IMG/VR virus record: IMGVR_UViG_3300047510_002037
Span: 1 to 64,000 of that record
Source: a virus
DNA length: 64,000 nt
Reading direction: 5' to 3' (one strand)
Shown here: piece by piece, positions 28,383 to 39,686 of the stretch
Numbering within the stretch: the first letter of the stretch is position 1
How the letters are laid out: each line of letters starts with the position of its first letter
Notes under the pieces: generated by a model
Told to the model about the DNA's origin: nothing
Databases searched by the model: none
Seen by the model: only the letters and a program-made list of their open reading frames with translations
Program-made: the position numbers and the translations under genes

Positions 28383-31316
28383 TTAATATTCTCCGCCATC
28401 TATAGTAAGATTAACCAAGTTTCTAGTAGATCCAGTACATGAAAGAATTTCGGATGAACCAGCACAATCATTTACAGTAATATTTCCAATATCAATAGAA
28501 GCATACTGAGATACTGTGAGAACATTAGATGACTCAGTTACTGTTGATGCAATTGCTACTTTAGATCTAGAATCATCCCAGAAAATAGCTGCTTTTCTAG
28601 AAGAACCATTATAATAATTCATTAACAAACCAACATCAATATTACTATCACTTGTTGGTTCAATTAAATCATTTGCATTAAGCGGATCTATTGCTAAACC
28701 AATATTAACTAAGTTATCACGTATTTTTACAATATTAGATCTAATTACCGTATCGGACCCTTTTACTATTAAATCATTATTTACTGTTAAATCAGATCTA
28801 ATACCAACAGATCCAGAAACTGGTGTTAGAGTTATTGCCTCAACATTATCAGAAGCTTCTATTCCATTACCTTGGATGTTAACTTTGCCGGCAAAAATAG
28901 TTCTAACAGCATCTTCAAGGGTTATATTAATAGCATTATTGGAAGCTCTTATATTATCACCATTTATTCTAATATCATCTTCAAATTGAACATAATTTGA
29001 TCCTAGTGTAATATTAAGTTGATCGCCAGAATCTAATATTTGATTGCTTTCAATTCTTAATTGTCCAGTAATACTAGTTTTTGTATTGCTAGTCATGGTA
29101 ATGTTAACATTACCATCAGATGCTTTTATATCATTACCATTAACTCTAATATCCCCCGCAAATATAGTTTCATTACCACCTTGCATAGTAATATTGGTCG
29201 TTCCGCCACCAGCAAGAATATTTTGACCATCAACTTGGATATTTCCTGCGAATCTTGTATTGTTTGAACTGAATAAAGTAATGTTTACTTGACCATCACT
29301 TGCTTGTATATCATCACCTAATATTCTTACATCTCCTCCAAATAAAGTTAATGGACTAGCAATAGATGTTACACCTGTGGGACCACCAAGAACAATATCA
29401 AATGCTTGATCAAAAGCATAAACATTAGTTACGTTTTCTCTTGCTAAATTTAGCTCAGAGTTTTTAACATCAATGATTGTACCGTTTAATGATAAATTTC
29501 CAGATAATTCTGTTAATGTATTTCCAGTAATTGTTATATTTTCTAAACCATTAGCACCTTTTATTGCTGCAGTTGTACCATTTCCAACAAGTCTTATATT
29601 TCCACTAAATTCAGTTTGAGTCGATCTTATTGTTGTATAACCAACAGTGCTTCCCATTGAAACTGAAAGTGCATCACCAAAAGCTCTGATTGAAGTTACA
29701 TCATTGTTAAAAAGTTGCAAATCTTCAGTATTTGTTATAGCTCCTAAAGAAGAACCATCCATCAATATATCACCATCAACAGCTAAAGTATTCGCTATTG
29801 GGGAATAATATAAACCACTATCTACATGTAAAGTTCTTTCTGGTTGAGAAATTGAGGAGTTTGTGAATGTTAAGTAATAATTAGTTTCCGTGTTAGCCAC
29901 TGATACATCAACTGCTGTGGCTCTAATTGCGGTTGTTGCTGTTCCTTGTATATCATTTATAAATGCCGCTACTCCTGTGGTTAACTGGTTGAAAAAAGTT
30001 GAATTGGAAGTAGCAGCGATACCCAATTCAAATGTTCCTTGAGCACCGGTTACGTCTATTCCATTAGTAAATAGTGCCGTTCCTCCAACTGCTACAGTAC
30101 CCAAAACAGTCAGATTAACATCTACAGATAAAGTATCATATGTTCCATTTGCTGCTCTAACATTTTCCCAACGTAGAGATTCTGATCCCAAATCATATGT
30201 ATCAGATGCATTTGGGATCAATCCAGAAACTAAAGTAGCCTGGACATTTAATAAACTTGATGAATCCAATCCCAAAACAATACTATTTGTATATACCTCA
30301 ATTTCCGCTGCACTAATACCAACATTATCAAAGATATTTACAGTACCAAAGAAAGTCGAAGCTCCACCAACATTTAATTTTTTAGTTACCGACAGACCAC
30401 CCTCAGTTACAATAGAACCTTCAGTTAAACTATTTGAGTCTTCATCTCCAGTTACTAATAATCTATTTTGAAAGGTTGATATTCCAGCTACATTAATTCC
30501 TTTGTTGAAGTTTACTGATTCAAAAGTTGCTTCATCTGTTGCTATTATTAATGTTGAAGTTGAAGGTAATCTAAGTAAACTGCTAACAAATAATTCAGGA
30601 GTTCTTACCTGACGAACATTCATTAAGGAAGATATACCAACAGTTCCATTAACAACAAATAAACCAGTACTAGTATCTGTAGAAGCAGTAGATACTGAAT
30701 GTGTTGGATTTATTATTAAGTTATTGGAAATAGTAGTAATACCTGTTAATGTATTATTTCCATATAAAATGCTATCAGATAAATTTATAAATCCTCTATT
30801 TGTTCCTCGTACTGTAGCAGCTATTCCGCTGATACGTGAAGTTGAACCTATCGTAATTTGTCCTGGAAGAAATAATGATCCCTCCTCTGGATTTCCAGAG
30901 TCTGGTTGTAAAATTACAAAATTTCCTAGTCTGGTAGTACCATGAACATATGCACGATCATAAAACTCTGCTGGTCCGCCTATATACGCTTCTGCTTTAG
31001 CTGATATTTTTCCATCTAAAAGTAATCCACCACCTGCTAAACCTACACCACCCCCTTCCGTACCTACAATTTTTCCGGATATTATTACATCAGTTAATCC
31101 AGCAGCAACATGAACCTTTGATCCTGGTAAAGATGTTCCTATTCCAATATTGGGAGAATGGAAGTTATCGTTCCAAAGAGTAGCACCTATTGATATAACA
31201 CCATCGTATGGATCAATACCTGTAGGAATAGTAATCGCACCATTATCGATCAGTTCAAAGTCATCGATATGCAGATAGGATGCAAATTGAGATAATTCTC
31301 TATTATTCCTAGACAT
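28383..31316 (-). CDS. Fibre-like virion protein with ~29-aa repeats (FxGDIRxxGxDIxASDGxxNITL)
   Basis: Repeats in the C-terminal half; YDLGSESLRW motif; ends IDGGEY; late promoter at 31340-31346. Confidence 0.75.
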   Translation of the reverse strand: MSRNNRELSQFASYLHIDDFELIDNGAITIPTGIDPYDGVISIGATLWNDNFHSPNIGIGTSLPGSKVHVAAGLTDVIISGKIVGTEGGGVGLAGGGLLLDGKISAKAEAYIGGPAEFYDRAYVHGTTRLGNFVILQPDSGNPEEGSLFLPGQITIGSTSRISGIAATVRGTNRGFINLSDSILYGNNTLTGITTISNNLIINPTHSVSTASTDTSTGLFVVNGTVGISSLMNVRQVRTPELFVSSLLRLPSTSTLIIATDEATFESVNFNKGINVAGISTFQNRLLVTGDEDSNSLTEGSIVTEGGLSVTKKLNVGGASTFFGTVNIFDNVGISAAEIEVYTNSIVLGLDSSSLLNVQATLVSGLIPNASDTYDLGSESLRWENVRAANGTYDTLSVDVNLTVLGTVAVGGTALFTNGIDVTGAQGTFELGIAATSNSTFFNQLTTGVAAFINDIQGTATTAIRATAVDVSVANTETNYYLTFTNSSISQPERTLHVDSGLYYSPIANTLAVDGDILMDGSSLGAITNTEDLQLFNNDVTSIRAFGDALSVSMGSTVGYTTIRSTQTEFSGNIRLVGNGTTAAIKGANGLENITITGNTLTELSGNLSLNGTIIDVKNSELNLARENVTNVYAFDQAFDIVLGGPTGVTSIASPLTLFGGDVRILGDDIQASDGQVNITLFSSNNTRFAGNIQVDGQNILAGGGTTNITMQGGNETIFAGDIRVNGNDIKASDGNVNITMTSNTKTSITGQLRIESNQILDSGDQLNITLGSNYVQFEDDIRINGDNIRASNNAINITLEDAVRTIFAGKVNIQGNGIEASDNVEAITLTPVSGSVGIRSDLTVNNDLIVKGSDTVIRSNIVKIRDNLVNIGLAIDPLNANDLIEPTSDSNIDVGLLMNYYNGSSRKAAIFWDDSRSKVAIASTVTESSNVLTVSQYASIDIGNITVNDCAGSSEILSCTGSTRNLVNLTIDGGEY

Positions 31317-31346
31317 TTTGGTAGTATCCCGTTATAAGTTATTTAT

Positions 31347-31646
31347 TTAAACAGTAACAGTACTTAAAGTTCCGCTATTATCTACAATTAAACGATATTG
31401 AGTTCCGTTTGGTGATGTTAAAACAAGTCCTACGGAAGTGTTAATTCCAACTTTCACATCTGCACTAAAAGTAGAAATTCCAGAAACACCTAGTTGGTTA
31501 GTTGTTACAATTCCAGATATGCTAAGATCGTTATTTATACTTACTTCTATAGCTTCAATATTTAAATTATTTGGGCTTGCTAAAGTTGGAGTACCAGAGG
31601 CACCAATCAAGTCAATTTGTTTTACTCCAAATTTCTTATCAGCCAT
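31347..31646 (-). CDS. Small virion/fibre-associated protein
   Basis: LTSPNGTQYRLIVDNSGTL C-terminus; late promoter at 31661-31667. Confidence 0.7.
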   Translation of the reverse strand: MADKKFGVKQIDLIGASGTPTLASPNNLNIEAIEVSINNDLSISGIVTTNQLGVSGISTFSADVKVGINTSVGLVLTSPNGTQYRLIVDNSGTLSTVTV

Positions 31647-31663
31647 TTTAGTTTTTTAATTAT

Positions 31664-33553
31664 TTATGATTGAGTGAAAACAACACCAGACATAAAAACT
31701 CCACTGATGGATGGTGATGTATTATTATCATATGGATTATAAGATATTCTTTTTTCTGCACCTCTCATATTAAAACTACCAGTCCAATATTCTGTTGTGG
31801 TATCATCAGAATAATCATCTCTATATGCAGTAATTACTTTTGATCCATATTTTTTTAACCAATTCTTTACTTCAATTGAAGATGCGGATGGTTTTGTTTG
31901 CAAGTATAATGCTACCAAACCAGAAATTACTGGGGCAGCTGCGCTAGTACCATTAAAATTTGTATCAAAAAATCTATTATCATCTACTCTAGTATAATTA
32001 GTATATCCAGATATACCATTTGTTCCTGCCGTTAAAGTTTCATCTGCTGGAGACCAAACATCAATTCCTGGTCCGTTATTAGAATAACTTGCTTTTAATT
32101 CTATACCACTAACTATAGTATCATCCATTGCACCGACACAAATTACTGGATGATAATCATTTGTAGAATTAAATCCTATTCCTTGGGGATTCATCCAATC
32201 CCTATGATTACATGGAACAGTATTTGATGCAAATTCAGCTCTTGGGTCAGTAGTACCGAACCAAGAATCTCTCATATAGTTAAGTCTATCTGGATCATCT
32301 GATCCCATACCCAGTCTTTGATTATTATTACCAGCTGCTGCAACGTATACTACTCCGGATTGCATTAATTCATTACCAGCCTCATCAGTAGAATTTGATC
32401 TTGATGATGTTGACCAAGATTTAAATGCACCACTAACTTGGTTATTCAATCCATTTTTCATCGCAGTGACCTGATTAACAGTTGATGAATTTCCAGTAAA
32501 AATTCCTGTTGTATTTCTAAATTTAAATGTTACTGATGTACCTGAAGAAAATGCAGCTTGATAACCCCAACTTCCATTTATAACAGTTGGATTTTTTATA
32601 CCAGTAGTTTGATTAATTGGTTTATATGTGTGAAAGATCTTCATTAAATCATAACTCTGCTCAATTCCCATACCAACGTTATCGGAAATTGCAGGCATAT
32701 TCCAAATATTTGCTTCAAATGCTAACCCAAAATTTTTTCCAGCAGATAATGCAGCACATGCAGTTCCATGTCCACTGATTAAATTATTGGAACCATTCAA
32801 ACCTGTCCCCATGGAACTATTTTCAGTATATGATGCTGAAATAGAAAATGTTCCTAATGATGAAAATTGTGGAGATCTATTTCCAGAAGTGCTCCACCAA
32901 CTAAGTGCAGATGCCGTAGTTATTCCAGTTCTACCATCTGATTTTATATAAGTTAAATTATTGGTAATAAAATAATCTGGATCAATATAATATGGACCGT
33001 CTAAAACAACATCTCTAACTCTAGACTTTCCATTTGAATCTAAAAATTCTGGGTGATATTGAAGAACTCCGGAATCATGGATAATAATATCAACATTTTT
33101 GCCTGTTAATGAATAATTAACGTCTCCATATTTTGCAGTTATATCATCGCTAGTCCAAAATTCTATATTTTCCTTCAATCCAATCCTCTTTATTGCCCAG
33201 TTTGTTCTATTAAGTTCTGTCTGTCCAGATCCAACACCACCAGTGGTTAAATCTCTATAGATTTTAGTATCTTTTTTAAATCTAGGAGTCGCTGGTTGTG
33301 GATCGGGATATGCATCTCTATGATCAGTTGGAGATAGTTCAATCCAATCTATATATGGGTGCTTGGATATTGAATCAGCTTCATACTTATGTAAGGAAAA
33401 GGTTCCTCTAGTTGGACTATGATTTTTATCATCTACACATATAATTTCTCTGTTGGGAATATGTTCACACGATGAAATACCACATAATGTGTTATGTATC
33501 TCATCCCAATATTCTGGTGATTTTACTTTTAACGTGTAGTTTTTTAATGTCAT
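31664..33553 (-). CDS. Subtilisin-like serine protease (peptidase S8)
   Basis: Catalytic motifs HDSG (Asp), GHGTACA (His), AAAGN (oxyanion Asn), FNGTSAAAP (Ser). Confidence 0.9.
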   Translation of the reverse strand: MTLKNYTLKVKSPEYWDEIHNTLCGISSCEHIPNREIICVDDKNHSPTRGTFSLHKYEADSISKHPYIDWIELSPTDHRDAYPDPQPATPRFKKDTKIYRDLTTGGVGSGQTELNRTNWAIKRIGLKENIEFWTSDDITAKYGDVNYSLTGKNVDIIIHDSGVLQYHPEFLDSNGKSRVRDVVLDGPYYIDPDYFITNNLTYIKSDGRTGITTASALSWWSTSGNRSPQFSSLGTFSISASYTENSSMGTGLNGSNNLISGHGTACAALSAGKNFGLAFEANIWNMPAISDNVGMGIEQSYDLMKIFHTYKPINQTTGIKNPTVINGSWGYQAAFSSGTSVTFKFRNTTGIFTGNSSTVNQVTAMKNGLNNQVSGAFKSWSTSSRSNSTDEAGNELMQSGVVYVAAAGNNNQRLGMGSDDPDRLNYMRDSWFGTTDPRAEFASNTVPCNHRDWMNPQGIGFNSTNDYHPVICVGAMDDTIVSGIELKASYSNNGPGIDVWSPADETLTAGTNGISGYTNYTRVDDNRFFDTNFNGTSAAAPVISGLVALYLQTKPSASSIEVKNWLKKYGSKVITAYRDDYSDDTTTEYWTGSFNMRGAEKRISYNPYDNNTSPSISGVFMSGVVFTQS

Positions 33554-33554
33554 A

Positions 33555-35420
33555 TTAGAGCATTGTCTGTCTTGTAAATCTATAAGTAGTCAATCCAGAA
33601 ACACCAACTTCTGGTGTTAATATTAATCTAAATTGACCACCAGTTACAGTAGAACCTACTGAAACAATCAGAGATGGGTCATACATGATCGCATATTCTT
33701 GAGAATATGCAGAAGAACCATTTTGCATCGCTAATATTTTTTGCGATTGAATGTAAGTTCCGTATCCAACATGAATTGTATATTCTATTGTTTTAAAATC
33801 ACTTGTGGATATTGTGAAAGAATCTATTGTATGTCCAATTCCGGCAGAAGAAATAAATGTTCCAATACCAGTCTTTACACCATAAATGTTTTCTAGTTGG
33901 AATGGAGTAACTGCAGTAGTATTTGATCCTACGTTGAGAGTTGATAAAACTGTTACGCCAGTTCCAGTTATAGACAAAGAGTTGGTAGTATTATCATTTC
34001 CAATAAAAACACTTCTTCCACTATCTGCTTGAATTTGAATATCATCTCCACCAACATTTACTATTTCACTAACATCGGATGAACTGTTCTGTCTGATGAC
34101 CAATCCATTTGGAGTACCACCAGAATATCCAAGCATAATTCTGCTAAGATTATCTAGTTTTACCTCACCGGAAGATAGAATCTCGGTTGCGCCACCAAAA
34201 GTAACTGTACCAGATAATGTAGAAACACCAGAAACATTTAAAGTTTCAAGAGAAGTATTACCTTTAACTGTAAGTTTACTTGTTGGATTTGTGGTTCCCA
34301 TTCCAACATTAGAGAGTGTATGAATTCCCGCTGCTGTTGATGCCCAGTAAGAATCTCCGCCACTACCAGACGCAGTAACTGTAACTATTCCCAATGATAT
34401 TGGAGATACTGTTATGTTGTTTCCAAAATCTATTGTTCCAGCGGTTCCAACCAATACACCAGAATCTCTTATTACAATACCTGATCCGGATCCAACAACA
34501 CCAATTAATCCAGATCCATCACCAATAAATTTAGTAGCAGTAACTATTCCAGATATTATTACATCAGAACTGGCTGTATTTCCCCTATCCAAAACATCTT
34601 GTAGAGTATCCGTTTCGTTATATGTTGTTAAATAACCTTGCGTAGCATGATTTCCCCAACCATATGCTGTATTCCAGTTTGAAATATTTGTAGTTGTTAT
34701 AGTGCTTGCAGCACCGGTAAAGGCAGTTCCTGCGGTCCCTTCAATATATACGGTAACTCCCGCTCCGCTTCCAACAGCAGTTACCGAAGCACCAACAAAA
34801 TTAATAGATGCTACTCCATTATCATTTCCAACAATTACACCTTCTTCTTGGATAGTAAACCCAAGAACACCATTACCACCAGCAGCTATAGCAGATGGAT
34901 TATATGCAACTAATTCTACAGTATCACCTTCAAAACAAGGTTCTGTTACAGTTACTGATGTTCCATTAGAAGCAGTATATTCTGTAATATCAGATACGCC
35001 GTTTCCTTTTAATTTTACACCATTAATATATACATCTAAAAATCCAACATTGTATGCATATGCAAATGTAGTTTGATCGTTTGTTGCAGTATATGTAAAT
35101 GTAGATCTTAAACTCGTTGGAAAACTAGCCCATTCAACTCCAGATCCAGTAGATCTTAAGTACTGCCCGGGAAGACCAGTTGTATCTCCAATAGAAATAC
35201 CATTACCAGTAAAATCCAATTCATTTGCTGTTAATATTCCACTTACTGTTGCGTTTCTAGTTACAGTTAAGTCAGTACAACCAATACTGCTTAATACATG
35301 CAGATCATAATCGGGAATACTTGTATTAATTCCTACCTGATCGGTTACTGCATCTGCATATAGAAGCAACTCGTTAACTTCTAAACCATTTTTAACTACG
35401 AAATTCTTTCCTACAGCCAT
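33555..35420 (-). CDS. Tail-fibre-like virion protein
   Basis: KNFVVKNGLEV N-terminus, DVYINGVKL module, VGMGTTNPTSKL; TATAAATA at 35450-35457. Confidence 0.75.
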   Translation of the reverse strand: MAVGKNFVVKNGLEVNELLLYADAVTDQVGINTSIPDYDLHVLSSIGCTDLTVTRNATVSGILTANELDFTGNGISIGDTTGLPGQYLRSTGSGVEWASFPTSLRSTFTYTATNDQTTFAYAYNVGFLDVYINGVKLKGNGVSDITEYTASNGTSVTVTEPCFEGDTVELVAYNPSAIAAGGNGVLGFTIQEEGVIVGNDNGVASINFVGASVTAVGSGAGVTVYIEGTAGTAFTGAASTITTTNISNWNTAYGWGNHATQGYLTTYNETDTLQDVLDRGNTASSDVIISGIVTATKFIGDGSGLIGVVGSGSGIVIRDSGVLVGTAGTIDFGNNITVSPISLGIVTVTASGSGGDSYWASTAAGIHTLSNVGMGTTNPTSKLTVKGNTSLETLNVSGVSTLSGTVTFGGATEILSSGEVKLDNLSRIMLGYSGGTPNGLVIRQNSSSDVSEIVNVGGDDIQIQADSGRSVFIGNDNTTNSLSITGTGVTVLSTLNVGSNTTAVTPFQLENIYGVKTGIGTFISSAGIGHTIDSFTISTSDFKTIEYTIHVGYGTYIQSQKILAMQNGSSAYSQEYAIMYDPSLIVSVGSTVTGGQFRLILTPEVGVSGLTTYRFTRQTML

Positions 35421-35463
35421 GGAGGTTCACTTTCCCCTCTAGTTTTTACTATTTATACTAAAA

Positions 35464-37905
35464 TTAATAGTATGGGTCCCAATCAGCAAATACACTATAA
35501 CTTCCAACAACATCCCTAATAATTTTTAATGTTACAATATCAAACGCTGGGTTTGACGTAGTAACTCCAACTGGTTGTGCTCCATTTCTCCAGAATTCAT
35601 TAGTTGGGGAACCACCATTAACGGTTATTGAAACATTACCAGTATCCCACCCTAAATTATCACCTTCGATGATTAAGGTTAATGTAGCCATATACGTTCC
35701 AGTAGTCGGAACATTAGTTAATGCTATTTCGCCAATTTGACCACTCGTATCTCCTGCTATTACAGTAGGCAATCCACTTTGAGAAAGATCAATAGTTAAT
35801 GTATTTGTAATAAGATTATATGTTACTCCTGTTGGGAATGCTCCATTATTTGCAACTTCTCCACCTACCTTTTGATAAATTAATCCGCCATGTGATACAG
35901 ATCCTGTTAATGTTGAAACACCAGAAACGGTTAATGAATTTAGATTACCTAAAGTTGTTAACGAAGAAACAGTAACTCCAGATCCGAGTGTTGTTGACGA
36001 TAACACTGAAGATGAATTTATTGCAAAATTATTTCCAGTTGTTAAATTAACAGTGCCTGAGAAAGTAGATGCACCAGAAACCAAAGTAGTTGCACTAATA
36101 TGAGAGATCGTTCCAACACCAGTATATTCTAGACTAGATCCTCTAATATGAGTTACCGTGCTTAATCCCGAGTATGATAAATTAGTTCCATTTAAGCTTG
36201 CTATAGTAGAAATCCCAGTATAACTTAGAGTCGTTCCTCTAATATTAGCAACAGTAGAAATTCCGGAATAATCTAGAGTCGTTCCTCTTGCATGAGTGAC
36301 TGTAGAAAGACCAGTATAATTTAATCTCTCTCCAGAAGAATTGGTGATAATTCCTGTTCTACATAGAACTGATTGATAGTCTAGTATAGTTCCAGTTACT
36401 GTGGTAATAGTAGAAAATCCAGCACTTAAACCACCAGCTGTAATTCCCCCAGAAACTGATAAAGATCCTAATGTTCCAACGGATGTTAATGATGAATTAA
36501 CGACACTAGAACCAAGAGTAGTTGAACTTAAAACTCCAGTTCCGTTAATTTCATATTGCTTACCAGAAACAAGATTCCAATCCTCGCTTGATGTTAAAGC
36601 ACTAGCGGAATTGTTCCAGGTTATAGTCTTACGAACTCCAGTTGAACCAATACCAATACCAGCACCATCAAGAAGTGCATTAGTTGCTACTGTTGTAGCA
36701 ATACCAACATTAAAGTCTGCTAGTTCAATAGCAGTTGAATTTATATAAGTTTGCTCACCATCAACATAAAGATCACCTGCAATTCTTACTCGTCCTGTAG
36801 ATCCTGTTGATGCTGGATCTATTATTATTTCAGATGGTCCTGTAATTCTATCATATAGAATTCTAATAGAAGTTGCAGCAGATCCAGTATGGAATTCTGT
36901 AGATGTTATAACTCCTACACTTGAAACATTTCTTGTATTTACGTTTGTTGCGTTCAGAGTTGTTGGGTTAAATACAGTAGCAGTTCCGATTGCAATTGTT
37001 GCTGACTGTGTTCCAAAAGAGGTAGAAGTTAGGTTTGTGATAGTTGCTGCTAATCCAACAATACTATCACCATCTAATGTAGTTGCTGCTATGGAAACTG
37101 CATTTACCGTTTGAGCATTTGATGTTGTAGTTATTGCTGTATTTACTGTTAATGTTGTAATATTTGCACTAGTTGTTGTTAATGCAGTTCCAACTATATT
37201 TGTTGCGCTTATATTTGAAATAGTTGCGTTAGTTGCAGTTAACCCTGTCGAAGTTAATGCCGTTGAAACTACATTACTACTATTCAGATTTGTTAGGGTA
37301 GATATTCCAGAGTAGTTTAAATTAATACCCTGTAGGTATGATACAGTAGATACTCCAGTGGAATTTAATGTGGTTGATCTTAAATTAACTACAGTTCCTA
37401 TTCCAGTATAATATAAATTTGCTCCGTCCAAAAGTAAAGCTGTGCTTATACCAGAATAATAGTATGATAATCCACTTAAATATTGAGCTGTAGATAATCC
37501 AGAATAGTATAGTCTTTGTCCAGATAAAGTTGTTAGTGTTGATAAACCAGATACACTAATATTTTGCAACTCTGCATATTTTGATATTGATAACCCAGTT
37601 CCTGCAAGAGAATCTACAACATTCAGTTGAATTATAGTTCCTATTCCAGTTACATTTAAACTATTAAAATTGTTTGGAGCAATTTCTAAAGCAGATTCAA
37701 AAGTTGCTAATGTTGTTGAATCTAAAGATAATATATTTTTAAGTTGAAATGATGAATCAACAACCGTAGTTGATCCAATACCAACACTGTCTCCTCCAAG
37801 AGATCCAGTTGCTGTGATAACGCCACTAATAACAATACCCCTATCAAATTCGGGAGCACCATTACCGTCTTTGTTTCTTATTAGGTCTACGTATAATGAT
37901 GACAT
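35464..37905 (-). CDS. Tail-fibre-like protein with 16-aa repeats (xxLxYSGISTVxxxxG)
   Basis: Two repeat blocks; LGSSVVNSSLTSVGTL motif twice; late promoter at 37934-37940. Confidence 0.75.
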   Translation of the reverse strand: MSSLYVDLIRNKDGNGAPEFDRGIVISGVITATGSLGGDSVGIGSTTVVDSSFQLKNILSLDSTTLATFESALEIAPNNFNSLNVTGIGTIIQLNVVDSLAGTGLSISKYAELQNISVSGLSTLTTLSGQRLYYSGLSTAQYLSGLSYYYSGISTALLLDGANLYYTGIGTVVNLRSTTLNSTGVSTVSYLQGINLNYSGISTLTNLNSSNVVSTALTSTGLTATNATISNISATNIVGTALTTTSANITTLTVNTAITTTSNAQTVNAVSIAATTLDGDSIVGLAATITNLTSTSFGTQSATIAIGTATVFNPTTLNATNVNTRNVSSVGVITSTEFHTGSAATSIRILYDRITGPSEIIIDPASTGSTGRVRIAGDLYVDGEQTYINSTAIELADFNVGIATTVATNALLDGAGIGIGSTGVRKTITWNNSASALTSSEDWNLVSGKQYEINGTGVLSSTTLGSSVVNSSLTSVGTLGSLSVSGGITAGGLSAGFSTITTVTGTILDYQSVLCRTGIITNSSGERLNYTGLSTVTHARGTTLDYSGISTVANIRGTTLSYTGISTIASLNGTNLSYSGLSTVTHIRGSSLEYTGVGTISHISATTLVSGASTFSGTVNLTTGNNFAINSSSVLSSTTLGSGVTVSSLTTLGNLNSLTVSGVSTLTGSVSHGGLIYQKVGGEVANNGAFPTGVTYNLITNTLTIDLSQSGLPTVIAGDTSGQIGEIALTNVPTTGTYMATLTLIIEGDNLGWDTGNVSITVNGGSPTNEFWRNGAQPVGVTTSNPAFDIVTLKIIRDVVGSYSVFADWDPYY

Positions 37906-37939
37906 TACTTAAACGGATATTTTAACTATATCTTATTTA

Positions 37940-38413
37940 TTAAATTGTTGGAGCTTCTGGCCATAGAATATTCCATGGAAATCCTTTTTGCGTGGTTATG
38001 TTCCTCAATTGATCTCTATAGACTCTCCATTCTTTGATAAATTCTTTTGAATTTATCTCTTCCGATTCTGGTAATTGGGTCCAATCACACATATACAATT
38101 TCATATTCCTTTCATTTCTAACTTCTGCTGCTTTTTCAGCAGTAACAGCTTTTTTTTCACTTTCAGTCATAGAAATAAACTTCCATGTTTGTCTATAAAT
38201 TCCATCATTGCCCTTTACCGGGGAATCTTCAACTACTTTTGTAAATTTCTTTGGATGAGGTTGTGCGGTAAATTCATATACGCCAAATCCAAAAGGTTCT
38301 ACCACTTCCGGACTAAGAACTTCCGGAAATGATGTATTTCTAAATAACATCCGAAAATTTTTTTCATCAACTGGATGTCCAAATGGTACGCCATTGTCTA
38401 GTTGTATTAGCAT
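37940..38413 (-). CDS. Phage tail fibre assembly chaperone-like protein
   Basis: VRNERNMKLYMCDWTQLP...WRVYRDQLRNIT.Q.GFP..I.WPEAP. Confidence 0.8.
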   Translation of the reverse strand: MLIQLDNGVPFGHPVDEKNFRMLFRNTSFPEVLSPEVVEPFGFGVYEFTAQPHPKKFTKVVEDSPVKGNDGIYRQTWKFISMTESEKKAVTAEKAAEVRNERNMKLYMCDWTQLPESEEINSKEFIKEWRVYRDQLRNITTQKGFPWNILWPEAPTI

Positions 38414-38446
38414 TCTAAGAATTCTCCGTACAGTGATAATTCATGT

Positions 38447-39352
38447 TTATTGAGTATTTATTGAAGGAAATGCTCTGGAATTTCCAGGCCAAATTATTCT
38501 AACTGCTCCTCTTCCACCAGCACCTCCAGATAAGAATAGAGTTGGTACTCCAACACCAAATCTGATAAATCCAGATCTTCCTCCACCACCATAAAGTCCA
38601 CCATCTAAGTCTCCATTTTGACCACTACTTCCACCTCCAGATGGAGTAGCATTTCCTATTTGACTTGAAGATGATGCTCCTGTTCCACCAAATCCATCTG
38701 ATCCTTGACCATATAGACCAACACCTCCACCTGAAGAAGATCTAGCTGGTTGAGATGCGGTTGAAAAATATAGTGTCTGCCAGGAACCTCCACCACCTCC
38801 GCCAGCACCGCCTAGTCCAGGAGAACCATTAGATCCAATAGATGAAGAACCTCCTGATCCTCCATTTCCACCATCTCCGGTATATCCACCTGCACCTCCG
38901 CCACCAGATCCTTGCTGTCCTGCCGATCCACCGTTTCCTCCACCATTTCCATTTGCATAATTACCTCCTGTTCCATCTGATAATCCTCCATATGCTATTA
39001 CTGTTTCTTCATCATAAGTAAAACTGGAATATCCGCCATTACTCCCTAAAATTGGTGAAGCACTAGATCCAGAAGATTGACCACCTGCCCCGACTTCTAC
39101 AATGTAAGAAGAACCTGGATTTACTTGTATATTATTTTTATATACTAAACCGCCACCGCCACCGCCAACAACTGCACTCGAAAATACTGTTGGAGATGCT
39201 CCTCCACCAACAGCAACTACACTAACACTCCTTACTTTTGGTGGTGCAATCCAAGTATATACTCCTGGAGTATCGTATATTTGCTCGTCATCTGCAGGAG
39301 AAGCTGAGATTATTGCTGTTGAAAACAGCATCATTTGAGATATAAAATGCAT
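38447..39352 (-). CDS. Glycine-rich adhesin-like protein
   Basis: PGVYTWIAP..V.SVSVVAVGGG, many GGG runs, GGRGAVRIIW C-terminus. Confidence 0.75.
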   Translation of the reverse strand: MHFISQMMLFSTAIISASPADDEQIYDTPGVYTWIAPPKVRSVSVVAVGGGASPTVFSSAVVGGGGGGLVYKNNIQVNPGSSYIVEVGAGGQSSGSSASPILGSNGGYSSFTYDEETVIAYGGLSDGTGGNYANGNGGGNGGSAGQQGSGGGGAGGYTGDGGNGGSGGSSSIGSNGSPGLGGAGGGGGGSWQTLYFSTASQPARSSSGGGVGLYGQGSDGFGGTGASSSSQIGNATPSGGGSSGQNGDLDGGLYGGGGRSGFIRFGVGVPTLFLSGGAGGRGAVRIIWPGNSRAFPSINTQ

Positions 39353-39356
39353 TTTA

Positions 39357-39686
39357 TTATACTGATACTGTATCGTAAACTAAAATAGAACCTTCAACGA
39401 CTTTCATTAATTTATCTGTTGAATTTGTTTCGATAATAATATCAAAATAATTTCTTCCATTATCTAAATCTGATGTGATTGAACTCGCCATTGAAATGAG
39501 AACACTATTATCATCTTCATTAATATAGGTATCGAAAGTCTTGTAATTTTCTGAAGCTGGATGCTTCCTAATCTTAGCAAGTGCTGTTTGACTTGAAGAA
39601 TCTAAAGTTGTGACAGCGATAGATACTTTCTTTTCAAAATCGGTTCCTTTATATATTGTTATTGATGTTACTGAAGGAACGCTCAT
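39357..39686 (-). CDS. Small virion structural protein
   Basis: ITIYKGTDF...AKIRKH...GRNYFDIII...VVEGSILV; late promoter at 39712-39718. Confidence 0.7.
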   Translation of the reverse strand: MSVPSVTSITIYKGTDFEKKVSIAVTTLDSSSQTALAKIRKHPASENYKTFDTYINEDDNSVLISMASSITSDLDNGRNYFDIIIETNSTDKLMKVVEGSILVYDTVSV

